A DNA stretch of 64,000 bases from Myxococcota bacterium (GTDB taxonomy: Bacteria; Myxococcota_A; Bradymonadia; UBA7976; UBA1532), in contig JAYZEG010000095.1 of assembly GCA_036337435.1 (NCBI GenBank), forward strand, positions 7,393-71,392. Reading direction: 5' to 3'. Numbering within the stretch: position 1 is the stretch's first letter; the number at the start of each line of letters is the position of its first letter. Position numbers and translations under genes: made by a program. Below are positions 47,536-57,260 of the stretch, piece after piece. The notes below the pieces were generated by a model. The model was not told the DNA's origin, did not search any database, and was given only the letters and a program-made list of their open reading frames with translations.

Positions 47536-48335
47536 GTCGTTTGATTTTACCCCAGGCCGTTAGGGGGTTTATTGCTTGCGTGGGTGGGCGAGGGTTTGAT
47601 GAAAAAAAAAACGTGGCCGATCCCGTTCTTCGTTGTTTTCAAGCCGCTTATCCTGATGCGCTGACATACTTCGCGGCGACACGCGTCGATGGAGACCAGA
47701 CTGAAGAGCCAAGTCTGGTCATTGATGATGGGCTTGTGAAGTCCAGGGAACAGCTTTTTGAGACGCCAGATTTACAAGACACCTTGCATTGGGCATACCC
47801 GATTAAAAAAAGCATTGCACCGCCTCCGGATGGGGCCGATCCTGGACGCATTCGCCATATGGGTTTACTGAAATTTTTGTATGGTGCCGACAGGAAGGCC
47901 GTTCGTAAACATCTCGTCGACGTGCGGTGGCTGCCCGGCTTGTCTCAGCGGGTCATCAAATTTAACGGACGCCATGGGGCGGCTGCTGCCCTGCAGAGCG
48001 TCAGTGACGAACTTGCACAGTTACCGCGCAAATTCCATAAGTACATATTGAAAACCAACGGCACATTTAACTGGAGATATATCAAGGGAACCACGCGTCT
48101 GAGTGCCCATGCCTTTGCAATCGCTATCGATCTCGATATCCGTCATACGGATTATTGGCGTTGGGCCAGGGACAAGCAGGGGCGATTTAAGTTTAGGAAT
48201 CGGATCCCAATTGAAATCGTCGAGGTTTTCGAAAAAAACGGTTTCATATGGGGCGGACGCTGGTGGCATTTCGATACGATGCATTTTGAGTATCGTCCCG
48301 AATTTTTCGAATCTGAATGCATGGCAAAGCGTTGA
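47532..48335 (+). CDS. M15-family (LAS superfamily, VanY-like) zinc peptidoglycan peptidase
   Basis: Motifs are SAHAFAIAIDLD and GGRWWHFDTMHFEY. The TTG start overlaps the dnaJ stop, and the start is uncertain. Confidence 0.8.
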   Translation: MSRLILPQAVRGFIACVGGRGFDEKKNVADPVLRCFQAAYPDALTYFAATRVDGDQTEEPSLVIDDGLVKSREQLFETPDLQDTLHWAYPIKKSIAPPPDGADPGRIRHMGLLKFLYGADRKAVRKHLVDVRWLPGLSQRVIKFNGRHGAAAALQSVSDELAQLPRKFHKYILKTNGTFNWRYIKGTTRLSAHAFAIAIDLDIRHTDYWRWARDKQGRFKFRNRIPIEIVEVFEKNGFIWGGRWWHFDTMHFEYRPEFFESECMAKR

Positions 48336-48336
48336 C

Positions 48337-49761
48337 CTAGGAAGGTGACTTCGCCGCGCCATTTGCGTCTCCGCTCAGTCCGGTCATGTTCCAACGATTG
48401 AGATAATACAAAAGAATCATACCGGGACCAGCGACCAGCGTTGTCGCTCCGAAATAAAATGCCCATCCAATGGCTGTTGGAGTGCCGATGGACTCGAGTG
48501 GTAACGCTGCGGCCAGCGCTTTGAAGTATTCGACCGCGTGACCCGCAAATGCCGCTAAACCAACCTTAACGAGACCTGAAGCGGACATCAGCATAGCGTA
48601 GTGCGTGGCTCCGTAGGACCTCGAACACAGCGCACTGAGATAGGCAACGAAGGCAGCAGCGGCGATACCAACCGTAAATTTTTCAAGGAAGATTGTCACG
48701 ATCAGGGCCCATATATTATCGCCGATCAGTGCTTGAGCGGAGAACGCCAGATTGAGAAACATTTGCCCCAATCCACCAAGCCATAGCGCCCGAATAACGC
48801 CTAGGCTCTTGACCATAGAGCCACCGACAAAAATGCCCGCAATGGTCGCTGCGATCCCAAAACTTTTGACGACATTCGCGATCTCAAGTTTGCTAAACCC
48901 AATCTCGCGCATGAACGGATTTGTCATGGTGCTCAGTAGGGCTTCGCCGAGTGTAAAAAGCATAATAAATGTGATGAAAAGAAATGAGCCATGGCGACGG
49001 AGCATTTCAACGTAGGGTAGAATTGCGCCTTCGACGAAGCTGCGCCACAGAAAACCTGGAATGGCCTCGTCTGCTCTCTTTCGCAGGTGTTCACCGGACC
49101 CTTCAGGCTCTTCGGCGTATAAACTAGCCGCGAGGCTTGGCAGTAGAAATACACCCATAACAAGATAAGCGGCATTCCAACCAAATGGACTCGTATAGTC
49201 CGCTGCTTGAGTACAAAAGCCGCCAACGGAGCCGAAATAATGCGCAAAGTAGAGCGCACCAGCCCCTGAGACGATCATCCCCATTCGATAACCAAGGACG
49301 GCCACAGCTGAGCCTGCACCCTGTTCATTTGGGTCTAAGAGTTCGACACGATAGCCATCTACGATGATGTCGTGGGTCGCTGAGACGACGGCGAGAGCGG
49401 TGGCCCAAGCGATGCATTGCCATAAGTCATTTTGGGGGTCTGTCATGCCCAGAGCGAGGATGGTTCCGAGCAAGGCCAATTGTGTGAGAATGAGCCAGCC
49501 CCGACGAAGACCAAAGACGGGTATGGGTAACCGGTCGACAAGCGGTGCCCAGAGAAATTTGAGCTTGTAGGGTAATAGAACTGTTGATGCAACGCCTATG
49601 GTTTTCAGGCTAATACCCAGCTCGAGCATCCACAGTGATAGTGTGGAGAAGACAAGCATAATCGGTAGACCGCTGGAGAAGCCCAAACCCAGTAGGATGA
49701 GCATACGGCGATCCTTGTAGACGGCTAGGGACCTCTGCATGTATTGGATAAGTGGGGTCAC
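48337..49761 (-). CDS. ampG: MFS muropeptide permease AmpG family
   Basis: It is a 474-aa polytopic protein with the family-like segments LGFSSGLPIMLVFSTLSLWM and KFLWAPLVDR. Confidence 0.85.
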   Translation of the reverse strand: MTPLIQYMQRSLAVYKDRRMLILLGLGFSSGLPIMLVFSTLSLWMLELGISLKTIGVASTVLLPYKLKFLWAPLVDRLPIPVFGLRRGWLILTQLALLGTILALGMTDPQNDLWQCIAWATALAVVSATHDIIVDGYRVELLDPNEQGAGSAVAVLGYRMGMIVSGAGALYFAHYFGSVGGFCTQAADYTSPFGWNAAYLVMGVFLLPSLAASLYAEEPEGSGEHLRKRADEAIPGFLWRSFVEGAILPYVEMLRRHGSFLFITFIMLFTLGEALLSTMTNPFMREIGFSKLEIANVVKSFGIAATIAGIFVGGSMVKSLGVIRALWLGGLGQMFLNLAFSAQALIGDNIWALIVTIFLEKFTVGIAAAAFVAYLSALCSRSYGATHYAMLMSASGLVKVGLAAFAGHAVEYFKALAAALPLESIGTPTAIGWAFYFGATTLVAGPGMILLYYLNRWNMTGLSGDANGAAKSPS

Positions 49762-49931
49762 ATTTTTCTCTTACACTATGCGACTTAAACCTACACATTA
49801 ATGGGGGCTTGCGACACTGAAATCGAAACTATTTTAGGGACTGCTGTACCTGGCGGTCGGTCGAAGAAGGAGGGAAACAAAGGCGTGCGGGCCGTCTCGC
49901 AATCCTCAAATTTGAGTGGTTTAGGGTGGGT

Positions 49932-50912
49932 TTAAAGCGGTGTTTCCACCATGTTAACCACATCACGAATAATCCGCTCACTTTCATCGGTGCTGCCCAG
50001 GGCACCTGTGACCTGATTGCATTTGATCCGGTGTGCCAGAGTTGGGACTGCGAGTTGTTTGACATCATCAGGAATCACATAATCACGCCCTTGAACCAAA
50101 GCATACGCTCTGGCCGCTCGTTGAAATGCCACGGCAGCGCGGGTGCTGATGCCAAGTCGTAATTCGGGATGATGCCGAGTCGCGGTTACGAGCTTGACGA
50201 TATAATGGCGCAGCGGGTCGCTCACCTTGACTTGGTCAACCAACTGGCAAGCGCTCAATACGAAAGTGTCATCGGACACGGGGCGCAAGTCTGTAATTTG
50301 GTCAGCCTGGCCGTCAGATTTGAGAATGGCGTATTCGGTTTCCGGGTCTGGGTACCCCACTTTCAATCGAAACATGAAGCGGTCCAACTGGCTCTCAGGC
50401 AGTGGGTAGGTTCCTTGAAAATCAGTCGGATTTTGAGTTGCAATCACCGTAAAGGGATTCGGCAACTCATGGGTTTCCCGATAAACCGAGACCGTTTTCT
50501 CGTTCATCGCTTCGAGTAAGCTTGACTGAGTTTTCGGTGTCGTCCGATTGATCTCATCGGCGAGAACGAGTTGCGCAAAAATTGGGCCTTGCTCAAAGGA
50601 GAAGGCCTCCGATGAACGGCGGTATACTTGCACGCCAACAATGTCGCTGGGTAGCAGGTCACTGGTAAATTGAATCCGGCTGAAACTCAGATTGAGAACC
50701 CGGGCTAATGTTTTTGCCAACGTGGTTTTTCCCACCCCCGGTACGTCTTCGAGCAGTACATGCCCGCCAGCGAAGATAGCCGTCAGAATTTTTTTGATAA
50801 CCGAGTCTTTTCCCTGAATGACTTGGCTAACCTGTGCCGAAATTTGTGTGATGTTAGCCTGGACTTCGGCGAATTTTTCGTGAGTTGGGTCTTTTTCTAG
50901 GTCGGATTTCAT
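49932..50912 (-). CDS. MoxR-family AAA+ ATPase
   Basis: The Walker A context is HVLLEDVPGVGKT and the Walker B is LADEINR. The segments FTVIATQNP and LDRF are also present. Confidence 0.9.
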   Translation of the reverse strand: MKSDLEKDPTHEKFAEVQANITQISAQVSQVIQGKDSVIKKILTAIFAGGHVLLEDVPGVGKTTLAKTLARVLNLSFSRIQFTSDLLPSDIVGVQVYRRSSEAFSFEQGPIFAQLVLADEINRTTPKTQSSLLEAMNEKTVSVYRETHELPNPFTVIATQNPTDFQGTYPLPESQLDRFMFRLKVGYPDPETEYAILKSDGQADQITDLRPVSDDTFVLSACQLVDQVKVSDPLRHYIVKLVTATRHHPELRLGISTRAAVAFQRAARAYALVQGRDYVIPDDVKQLAVPTLAHRIKCNQVTGALGSTDESERIIRDVVNMVETPL

Positions 50913-51092
50913 ATCAATTTTCCGAGTGATATTGAGTCAAACGTTGTTTCGTTTGTAACCAAGTTTAAGCGTCTTTCGTCTGACCGATACAAACCAGAAT
51001 GGCCGCGCCCCTACAAATAAAAATGACTAGGGGGCTTGATCCCGTGGCATTTAGTGTTAAGTCTTCAGGCGCGAAAAGCCAGCAATTTGATT

Positions 51093-51096
51093 GGAG
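51093..51096 (+). promoter_or_regulatory. Shine-Dalgarno (GGAG) for topA
   Basis: GGAG lies 6 nt upstream of the ATG at 51103. Confidence 0.5.
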
Positions 51097-51102
51097 CGAC
51101 AA

Positions 51103-53703
51103 ATGACAGAGAGTTCTGCGGCCGCCACGAACGCACTTGTCATTGTGGAATCACCCACAAAGGCCAAGACCATCCGACGATACCTAGGCGATGGGTTTAC
51201 CGTTGAAGCTTCCATGGGGCACGTCCGTGATTTACCGTCATCTGCAGCAGACTTGCCTGCCGCAGCGCGAGGCCAACCTTGGGCCCGCTTGGCTGTCGAT
51301 GTCGCCAACGGCTTTCAGCCACTGTACGTGGTACCAAGTGATAAGAAAAAAATCGTGTCCGAGCTCAGAAAAGCTCTCAAAGGCAAGGATGTTCTCTACC
51401 TCGCAACCGATGAAGACCGCGAAGGCGAAGCCATTGGCTGGCATCTTGTTCAGTTGCTTAAGCCCAAAGTTCCCACCCATCGACTCGTTTTCCATGAGAT
51501 CACCAAAGACGCCATCAAAAGAGCCATCGACACACCGCGTGAGCTCAACGAGCATGTTGTGCAAGCCCAGGAAGCACGCCGTGTCCTCGACCGACTGGTC
51601 GGTTATGAAATTTCACCACTTCTGTGGAAAAAAGTCGCACCGGGCTTGTCAGCAGGACGTGTCCAAAGCGTAGCGGTCCGTCTCCTGGTGCTCCGAGAAC
51701 GTGAACGTCAGCGGTTCGTGACCAGCACGTGGTGGGATCTTCGAGCGAAGTTTGCCGCCGATAACAAGGTCTTTGATAGCAACCTGGTCGCGGTCAACGA
51801 CCTTCCGATCGCCACCGGTCGGTCCTTCGATGAGACGACAGGCGAACTGAAGACTGGTCTCAATGTGCGGTTGTTGGCAGAGTCCGACGCGCAAGCACTC
51901 AAGGCGCGCATCTTGAAGCAACCCTTCGCCGTGAGCGATATTGAGCGCAAAGTACAGGCGCGACGCCCGTATCCACCGTTTACAACGTCGACGCTACAGC
52001 AAGAGGCCAATCGGAAGCTTGGATTTGGTGCAAAACGAACGATGCAAGTTGCACAGCGCCTTTATGAAAATGGACATATCACGTACATGCGAACCGACTC
52101 CGTGAACTTGTCGGAAGAGGCGATTAGCGCCGTGAGAAGCATGGTGAGTCGCCGCTACGGTGATGAACTCCTTTCGCCAAAGCCAAGACGCTTCACGACC
52201 AAAGCGAAGGGAGCCCAAGAAGCGCATGAGGCTATCCGGCCGGCGGGTACATCGATGGCGACCTCGAAAGAGCTTCAGCTGGCCAGCGATGAGGGCAAGC
52301 TGTACGACCTGATTTGGAAGCGCACTGTATCGACGCAAATGGCCGATGCGAAGATCGCATTGACCACCGCAAAAATCAGCGTGACTGACCCCGAAACCAA
52401 GCAGCAATTGACGTTCAGGGCATCAGGCCGTGAGGTTGTCTTCCCGGGTTTCTTCAGAGCCTACGTTGAAGGGTCGGACGATCCAGATGCAGTGTTGGAA
52501 GATAAAGACCAGCCACTGCCAACACTGACTGTCGGACAGGGGTTAGATTGCCGCGACCTCGATGCCCATGGGCATGAAACCCGTCCTCCGTCGCGATACT
52601 CTGTCGCATCTCTTGTCAAGGCACTGGAGACCCAAGGGATCGGGCGTCCGAGCACCTACGCCAGTATCATTGAGACCATTCAAAAACGTGGATATGTTCG
52701 GGATGAACGAAAGCAATTAATCCCCACGTTCACGGCGATTGCCGTCACCCAATTACTCGAGGAAACACTCGGCCAGGTCATTGATGTCGAATTCACAGCG
52801 TCAATGGAGGCGTGGCTTGATGAGGTAGCCATTGGCAAAGACGCGCAGGAGTATTTAGGGGCCTTCTACCATGAACAGCTGCTCAATTGCATTGAACAGG
52901 GCAAAGAGATTGACCCGCGTTCTGTATGCACACTTCGAAATGAGCGGATACAGCCCTATCGAATTCGGGTTGGTAAGTTTGGCCCATTCATCGAGTACGA
53001 TGTTGAGGGAGAAGAGAAGGCGCGCATTGTCAATCTACCTGATGACGCGGCCCCAGCCGATGTGAATTTGGAGTTCATCGAACAACTTCGAGCGGATGCT
53101 TTGAAGGCTGAGCAGCCCATCGGTATCGATCCCGAAACCGGACTCAATGTGTATGTTCGCAAAGGTCGCTTTGGGCCCTATGTGCAACTGGGTGAACAGG
53201 GCGAAGGCAAGGAAAAGCCGCGTCGAGCCAGTTTATTGCCCGGGCTGACACCTGCCGATATCGACCTGGAATTGGGTCTGAAGCTGCTTACGCTCCCGCG
53301 CGAGGTTGGGCGCCATCCCGATGATAACGAGCCCATTATGGCCAACGTCGGCCGATATGGACCCTACGTGCAACACTTGCGGACATTTGCGTCTGTCAAA
53401 GCGCCGGAGTCGATTCTCGAGATTGGCTTGGATAGGGCACTGGTGCTTTTAGCCGAACGGGCCAAACAGACCAAAAAAGCAGAGCCCCTGCGCACCCTAG
53501 GCGTCCATCCCGATGATGAAACACCAGTTGTGGTGATGGATGGTCGATATGGACCTTACGTCAAACACAAACGAACCAATGCTACACTGCCCGACGGGGT
53601 TGGTATCGATGCGGTGACCTTAGAACAGGCCCTTGAGCTTCTTGCCGCGAAGGCTAAAAAAGGCCGCTCAAAGGGCGGCCGTCGTCGCGCAAAAAAATCG
53701 TAG
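51103..53703 (+). CDS. topA: DNA topoisomerase I with a cysteine-less GxxGPY-repeat C-terminal domain and a basic tail
   Basis: The Toprim segment is LVIVESPTKAKTI and the active-site region is ITYMRTDS. There are four GxxGP(F/Y) repeats and the tail KKGRSKGGRRRAKKS. Confidence 0.95.
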   Translation: MTESSAAATNALVIVESPTKAKTIRRYLGDGFTVEASMGHVRDLPSSAADLPAAARGQPWARLAVDVANGFQPLYVVPSDKKKIVSELRKALKGKDVLYLATDEDREGEAIGWHLVQLLKPKVPTHRLVFHEITKDAIKRAIDTPRELNEHVVQAQEARRVLDRLVGYEISPLLWKKVAPGLSAGRVQSVAVRLLVLRERERQRFVTSTWWDLRAKFAADNKVFDSNLVAVNDLPIATGRSFDETTGELKTGLNVRLLAESDAQALKARILKQPFAVSDIERKVQARRPYPPFTTSTLQQEANRKLGFGAKRTMQVAQRLYENGHITYMRTDSVNLSEEAISAVRSMVSRRYGDELLSPKPRRFTTKAKGAQEAHEAIRPAGTSMATSKELQLASDEGKLYDLIWKRTVSTQMADAKIALTTAKISVTDPETKQQLTFRASGREVVFPGFFRAYVEGSDDPDAVLEDKDQPLPTLTVGQGLDCRDLDAHGHETRPPSRYSVASLVKALETQGIGRPSTYASIIETIQKRGYVRDERKQLIPTFTAIAVTQLLEETLGQVIDVEFTASMEAWLDEVAIGKDAQEYLGAFYHEQLLNCIEQGKEIDPRSVCTLRNERIQPYRIRVGKFGPFIEYDVEGEEKARIVNLPDDAAPADVNLEFIEQLRADALKAEQPIGIDPETGLNVYVRKGRFGPYVQLGEQGEGKEKPRRASLLPGLTPADIDLELGLKLLTLPREVGRHPDDNEPIMANVGRYGPYVQHLRTFASVKAPESILEIGLDRALVLLAERAKQTKKAEPLRTLGVHPDDETPVVVMDGRYGPYVKHKRTNATLPDGVGIDAVTLEQALELLAAKAKKGRSKGGRRRAKKS

Positions 53704-55374
53704 GCTCACTGACTCCGAGGTCCCGCTCACTTGAACTCGGCTGTCTTGGAGCGGACAGAGAACGCTGAGCAGTCGAAAGGGCAGCGTGATGAAGTGGGAC
53801 CCATCGTCACTCTGCACGTCGTCTTGCCAATAAGTCCTGACAGAGGCCAGCGCGTCTTTGTCTACAGTTGGGCCCGATATGGTCAGACGAATTTCAGTTT
53901 CATCCGGTTCATCAATCACCTTGATCTGCACTGTTCCGCCCGTGAGACAGTCTCTGAGTACACCCATGCATAACGCGAGTGCTCTCGCGGTTTGCGTAGC
54001 GTCGATGGTGAGCCGATTTGCATCCGGGTCACCCGTTGCATCCTGGGTGTTAATCACGACGCTGATTCGACCGAGGGGATCGTCTCTATATTGCTCCTTA
54101 AGCATGCTGAGGACAGCATTGACAGAGCACGCTCTGATCCGTAGAGCAGCCACATCTGAATGAACGGCCAAATCCTTACGAGTTCCGTCCAATTTAGATA
54201 GGTCAAGAAGGGCCAGTATAAACCTGAGAAGCGTGTCGCCCCGATGCCAAATTTCAAGAATTTCTTTGCGTTGAGTTTCATTTATTGGGCCTTCAATTTC
54301 GTTCACCAACAACTCAGAGAATCCTAGGATGCTGTTCAGGGGGCTTTTCAGTTCGTGGCTGATATGCGCTAAAAATCGGTTTTTTTGAGTCTCAGCTTCC
54401 CGGCGTTTTTTCGCTGCGCTTGCGATCTGGTTTTGCTGCCGTCTAAAGCCATCGGCCGCCCTCTCAAAATCAGAAAAGATCTCTGCACATTCTTTGAGAC
54501 CTACGGAGGTTTTCCGAGCATCAACCGGGGCGGGCTGCTCCACTCTCGCCAAAGCTGCTGTGATGGCTTTCAAGTCAGTGGCGACATCGTCCGCGATGGC
54601 TCGGCATGTGCGGTATGAGAAGAAGAGAATGCCGAGCACCAACAAGAACGCTGTCGAGTCGAAAGATGACGACTCCAAACCGCTGACCAATGGCACGGAC
54701 TGTTGAGGCATTTGGATTCGGACATTGGCAGCCAGTTCTTTTTCCGCGCGTCGCGCAACGGTTGCATGCATTGTCCTAAACGTTGTTTCTATCTCTTCGA
54801 CACTGTTGGTGTCGCTCAAATGCTGAACGAGAACCATGCCGAGCCCACACATGACGACGGGCAGCTGTATCACAAAGACCATGCGCATTCGAATGGTCTG
54901 CCGCACCCCACCCAGTGTACGTGTTCCAGGTTGGCCCTGTGTCATGGGACGCAATAGTCGTCGGAGCCAAAGGTAGAGCAACAGATTGGGTAAGGTTGTG
55001 ATGAGGTAGGTGAGGACACCCGTTGCGATTGCCTCACCAAGGTCTCTTGACCTCATGGATTGAAGCACGGTGATGAGAATTGCCGCGACCAAGGCACCAA
55101 CGAAACAGAAACGCATCACGCTGAACGGATAAGAATACGCGGCGGCGCGGCTGGCATTGGAGTCTGCCCCTGACTCGAGACCCGTTTTTTGGGGAGTGGT
55201 CCAGACGATGAGAAGTAGTGCCGCGAAAAAACCAAAGCCGCACAACGCAAATTGTGTTGTCGCGTCGAATTGGTCTCCTGGTACGACATAACCCAAAATC
55301 ATGGAGGTCAGGGTGACGGAGACGGAGATCCAGGTGAAAATCCATAATCGCAATGTGGTCATGGACCGATTCAT
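53668..55374 (-). CDS. Polytopic membrane histidine-kinase-like protein: intact H-box, degenerate (non-ATP-binding) catalytic domain
   Basis: The H-box is FLAHISHELKSPLNSILGFSELL (His codon 54355-54357). The region aligned to HATPase_c lacks the N-box Asn, the G1 DxGxG (it reads ISGPTV) and the G2 GxGLGL (it reads DGSHFITLPF). Confidence 0.8.
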   Translation of the reverse strand: MNRSMTTLRLWIFTWISVSVTLTSMILGYVVPGDQFDATTQFALCGFGFFAALLLIVWTTPQKTGLESGADSNASRAAAYSYPFSVMRFCFVGALVAAILITVLQSMRSRDLGEAIATGVLTYLITTLPNLLLYLWLRRLLRPMTQGQPGTRTLGGVRQTIRMRMVFVIQLPVVMCGLGMVLVQHLSDTNSVEEIETTFRTMHATVARRAEKELAANVRIQMPQQSVPLVSGLESSSFDSTAFLLVLGILFFSYRTCRAIADDVATDLKAITAALARVEQPAPVDARKTSVGLKECAEIFSDFERAADGFRRQQNQIASAAKKRREAETQKNRFLAHISHELKSPLNSILGFSELLVNEIEGPINETQRKEILEIWHRGDTLLRFILALLDLSKLDGTRKDLAVHSDVAALRIRACSVNAVLSMLKEQYRDDPLGRISVVINTQDATGDPDANRLTIDATQTARALALCMGVLRDCLTGGTVQIKVIDEPDETEIRLTISGPTVDKDALASVRTYWQDDVQSDDGSHFITLPFRLLSVLCPLQDSRVQVSGTSESVSLRFFCATTAAL

Positions 55375-57260
55375 GCCGTGCCTCCCGAACCGGGTTCGAG
55401 CGGTAAAAGTAGATGAAAATTACTGCCTTCCCCCTCAACGGAGACGACCCATAATTTGCCATCGTGGCGATCCACTAAGCGCTTAGCAATTGCCAATCCT
55501 AACCCCGTGCCAGGTCGATCTCTTTGCTCGCTCACGCGATAGAATTCGTCGAAGATTGTTTCCTGTTCGGCCGAGGGGATACCCGGTCCGCTATCCCAAA
55601 CCGAAACATGGACGGCCGCACGCCCATCGTCGAAATGATCTCTAATGGTGGTGACTCGAACGTATCCGGAATCTGTATACTTGAAGGCATTTTCAATGAG
55701 GTTACTCAAGACTTGAGTAATTCGTTTTCGATCTGCATGGACCAATGGAACATCATCTGCCGCTGCGATTTCGGCCTTGATTGTTGGCTTTGCGCGGTCT
55801 GCCAAGCGGGTCATCACCTCTGTTGCTAATTCATTCATGTCAAAGGCATTGATATCCAATGGGATATCCTGCCAGTGATCGAGTTCCGATAGCATGAGAA
55901 TGTCTCGGACGTGATCGTTTAATTGTTCAGCCGCTTGGTCTATGACCGCCAAATCGTTTAGTTGATCTTGATTGAGGGTTTGAGCCGCGAGCTCCGTGCA
56001 GCTCTGCCGAATCGACCGGAGTGGTTCTTGTAATTCATCGCTTGCCGAGCGCAGAAAAATATTTTGAGCTTCATTGCTCTGAGCGGCCAAGTTTAATTCT
56101 CTGAGCAGGGCGCGTTGAACCGTTGTGTGGACCTGCATTCTATCGTTTAGATGCGTGGCGAGGTCGCCGGCCTCATCGTTTCCGGGTATCGGAATTCCAC
56201 CCATGCTGCCTCCGTATCGCACGGGTGTGCCCGACGACGCCGGCACCGAGACATTACCTAGACGCTTAAGACCATCTGAGATCGACCGAAGTGTGTTGCG
56301 GATTTCAAGGGCTGCAAGCCAAGCCGCGAGCGGTGAGCCGAAGAGCAGGGCTATCAAAAACACCAGCGAGAATGCAAACTCTGGTGCTGTCGCCGGTGGT
56401 GACAGCGTGCCGGAGACGCCAAGCCAAAGAACCGCATCTTGATAGGGTCTTGTGACAATATGCCATCGACTCCCATCAGGGCTTAGTGCATAAAAGCCAT
56501 AGGCGGTTGGCTCCATTCTATCGCTGGCACCGAGCCAACTCGGGACGTCGTTATTTTTGACCAGTTCGGGAAAGATGAATTCTGTTCGGCGCCAGATGGA
56601 GAGAATCCTGTTCCGTTTTTGCTCATCTTTGGCCAGAGCCAGTTCTGCCCCGATCCGCTCGGCTATATCGATGAGCGCATTTCCTTTTAAATTGCTCAAA
56701 CGCCCTGCTGAACGCGCCGTAAGCCCGACGCCTAGCAGGCAGGCTAATATGACACAAATCACAGTTGCATTCAGGGTGGTGATGGTATTGAGAGCAGGTA
56801 AGTGTTTTGACCCGACCTCCCGGCGCGCTCGTCTCAGACTCCGACGCCCTTCGAAGTAGGTTGTCACAGCGATGATAAACCCGGTCCCAATTTGGCAGCT
56901 TAGAATCGCGAAATTTTCAAAGTTAGGAAGTCGGATATCACCAAGCCCTGATAACCATCGGGCCAGCGCAGTAGCCAAAACAAACGCGATGAGATCCCGC
57001 GCGGCACGGTACGGAAACCCTCCGTCTAATTGCTGTCTCAACCGAAATATCGAGACGCTACACCAGGCTGCGGCTGTAACCAACCCAGCGACTATGCTCG
57101 CGAGCCTGACCGACCCGGTTGAGATGGGGTCTAATGCGAGGAACCAGGGAACAAGATAGCCCCATATTAAGGGGAGACTCGCCATCAGTCCCAGCATTGG
57201 TGCCCAAGGGATACGCGTCGTTGCCCGAGGCATTAGCCGTTCGGGATCATTGGTCGTCAT
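55371..57260 (-). CDS. Polytopic membrane histidine kinase with Asp replacing the phospho-acceptor His; intact ATPase domain
   Basis: The H-box position reads FLRSASDELQEPLRSI (Asp codon 56037-56039). The other boxes are intact: N-box LSNLIENAFKYT, G1 VWDSGPGIP, F-box IFDEFYRV and G2 GTGLGLAIAKRLV. The ORF is open to 57353. I prefer ATG 57260 or 57233 to limit overlap with the upstream gene. Confidence 0.82.
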   Translation of the reverse strand: MTTNDPERLMPRATTRIPWAPMLGLMASLPLIWGYLVPWFLALDPISTGSVRLASIVAGLVTAAAWCSVSIFRLRQQLDGGFPYRAARDLIAFVLATALARWLSGLGDIRLPNFENFAILSCQIGTGFIIAVTTYFEGRRSLRRARREVGSKHLPALNTITTLNATVICVILACLLGVGLTARSAGRLSNLKGNALIDIAERIGAELALAKDEQKRNRILSIWRRTEFIFPELVKNNDVPSWLGASDRMEPTAYGFYALSPDGSRWHIVTRPYQDAVLWLGVSGTLSPPATAPEFAFSLVFLIALLFGSPLAAWLAALEIRNTLRSISDGLKRLGNVSVPASSGTPVRYGGSMGGIPIPGNDEAGDLATHLNDRMQVHTTVQRALLRELNLAAQSNEAQNIFLRSASDELQEPLRSIRQSCTELAAQTLNQDQLNDLAVIDQAAEQLNDHVRDILMLSELDHWQDIPLDINAFDMNELATEVMTRLADRAKPTIKAEIAAADDVPLVHADRKRITQVLSNLIENAFKYTDSGYVRVTTIRDHFDDGRAAVHVSVWDSGPGIPSAEQETIFDEFYRVSEQRDRPGTGLGLAIAKRLVDRHDGKLWVVSVEGEGSNFHLLLPLEPGSGGTA

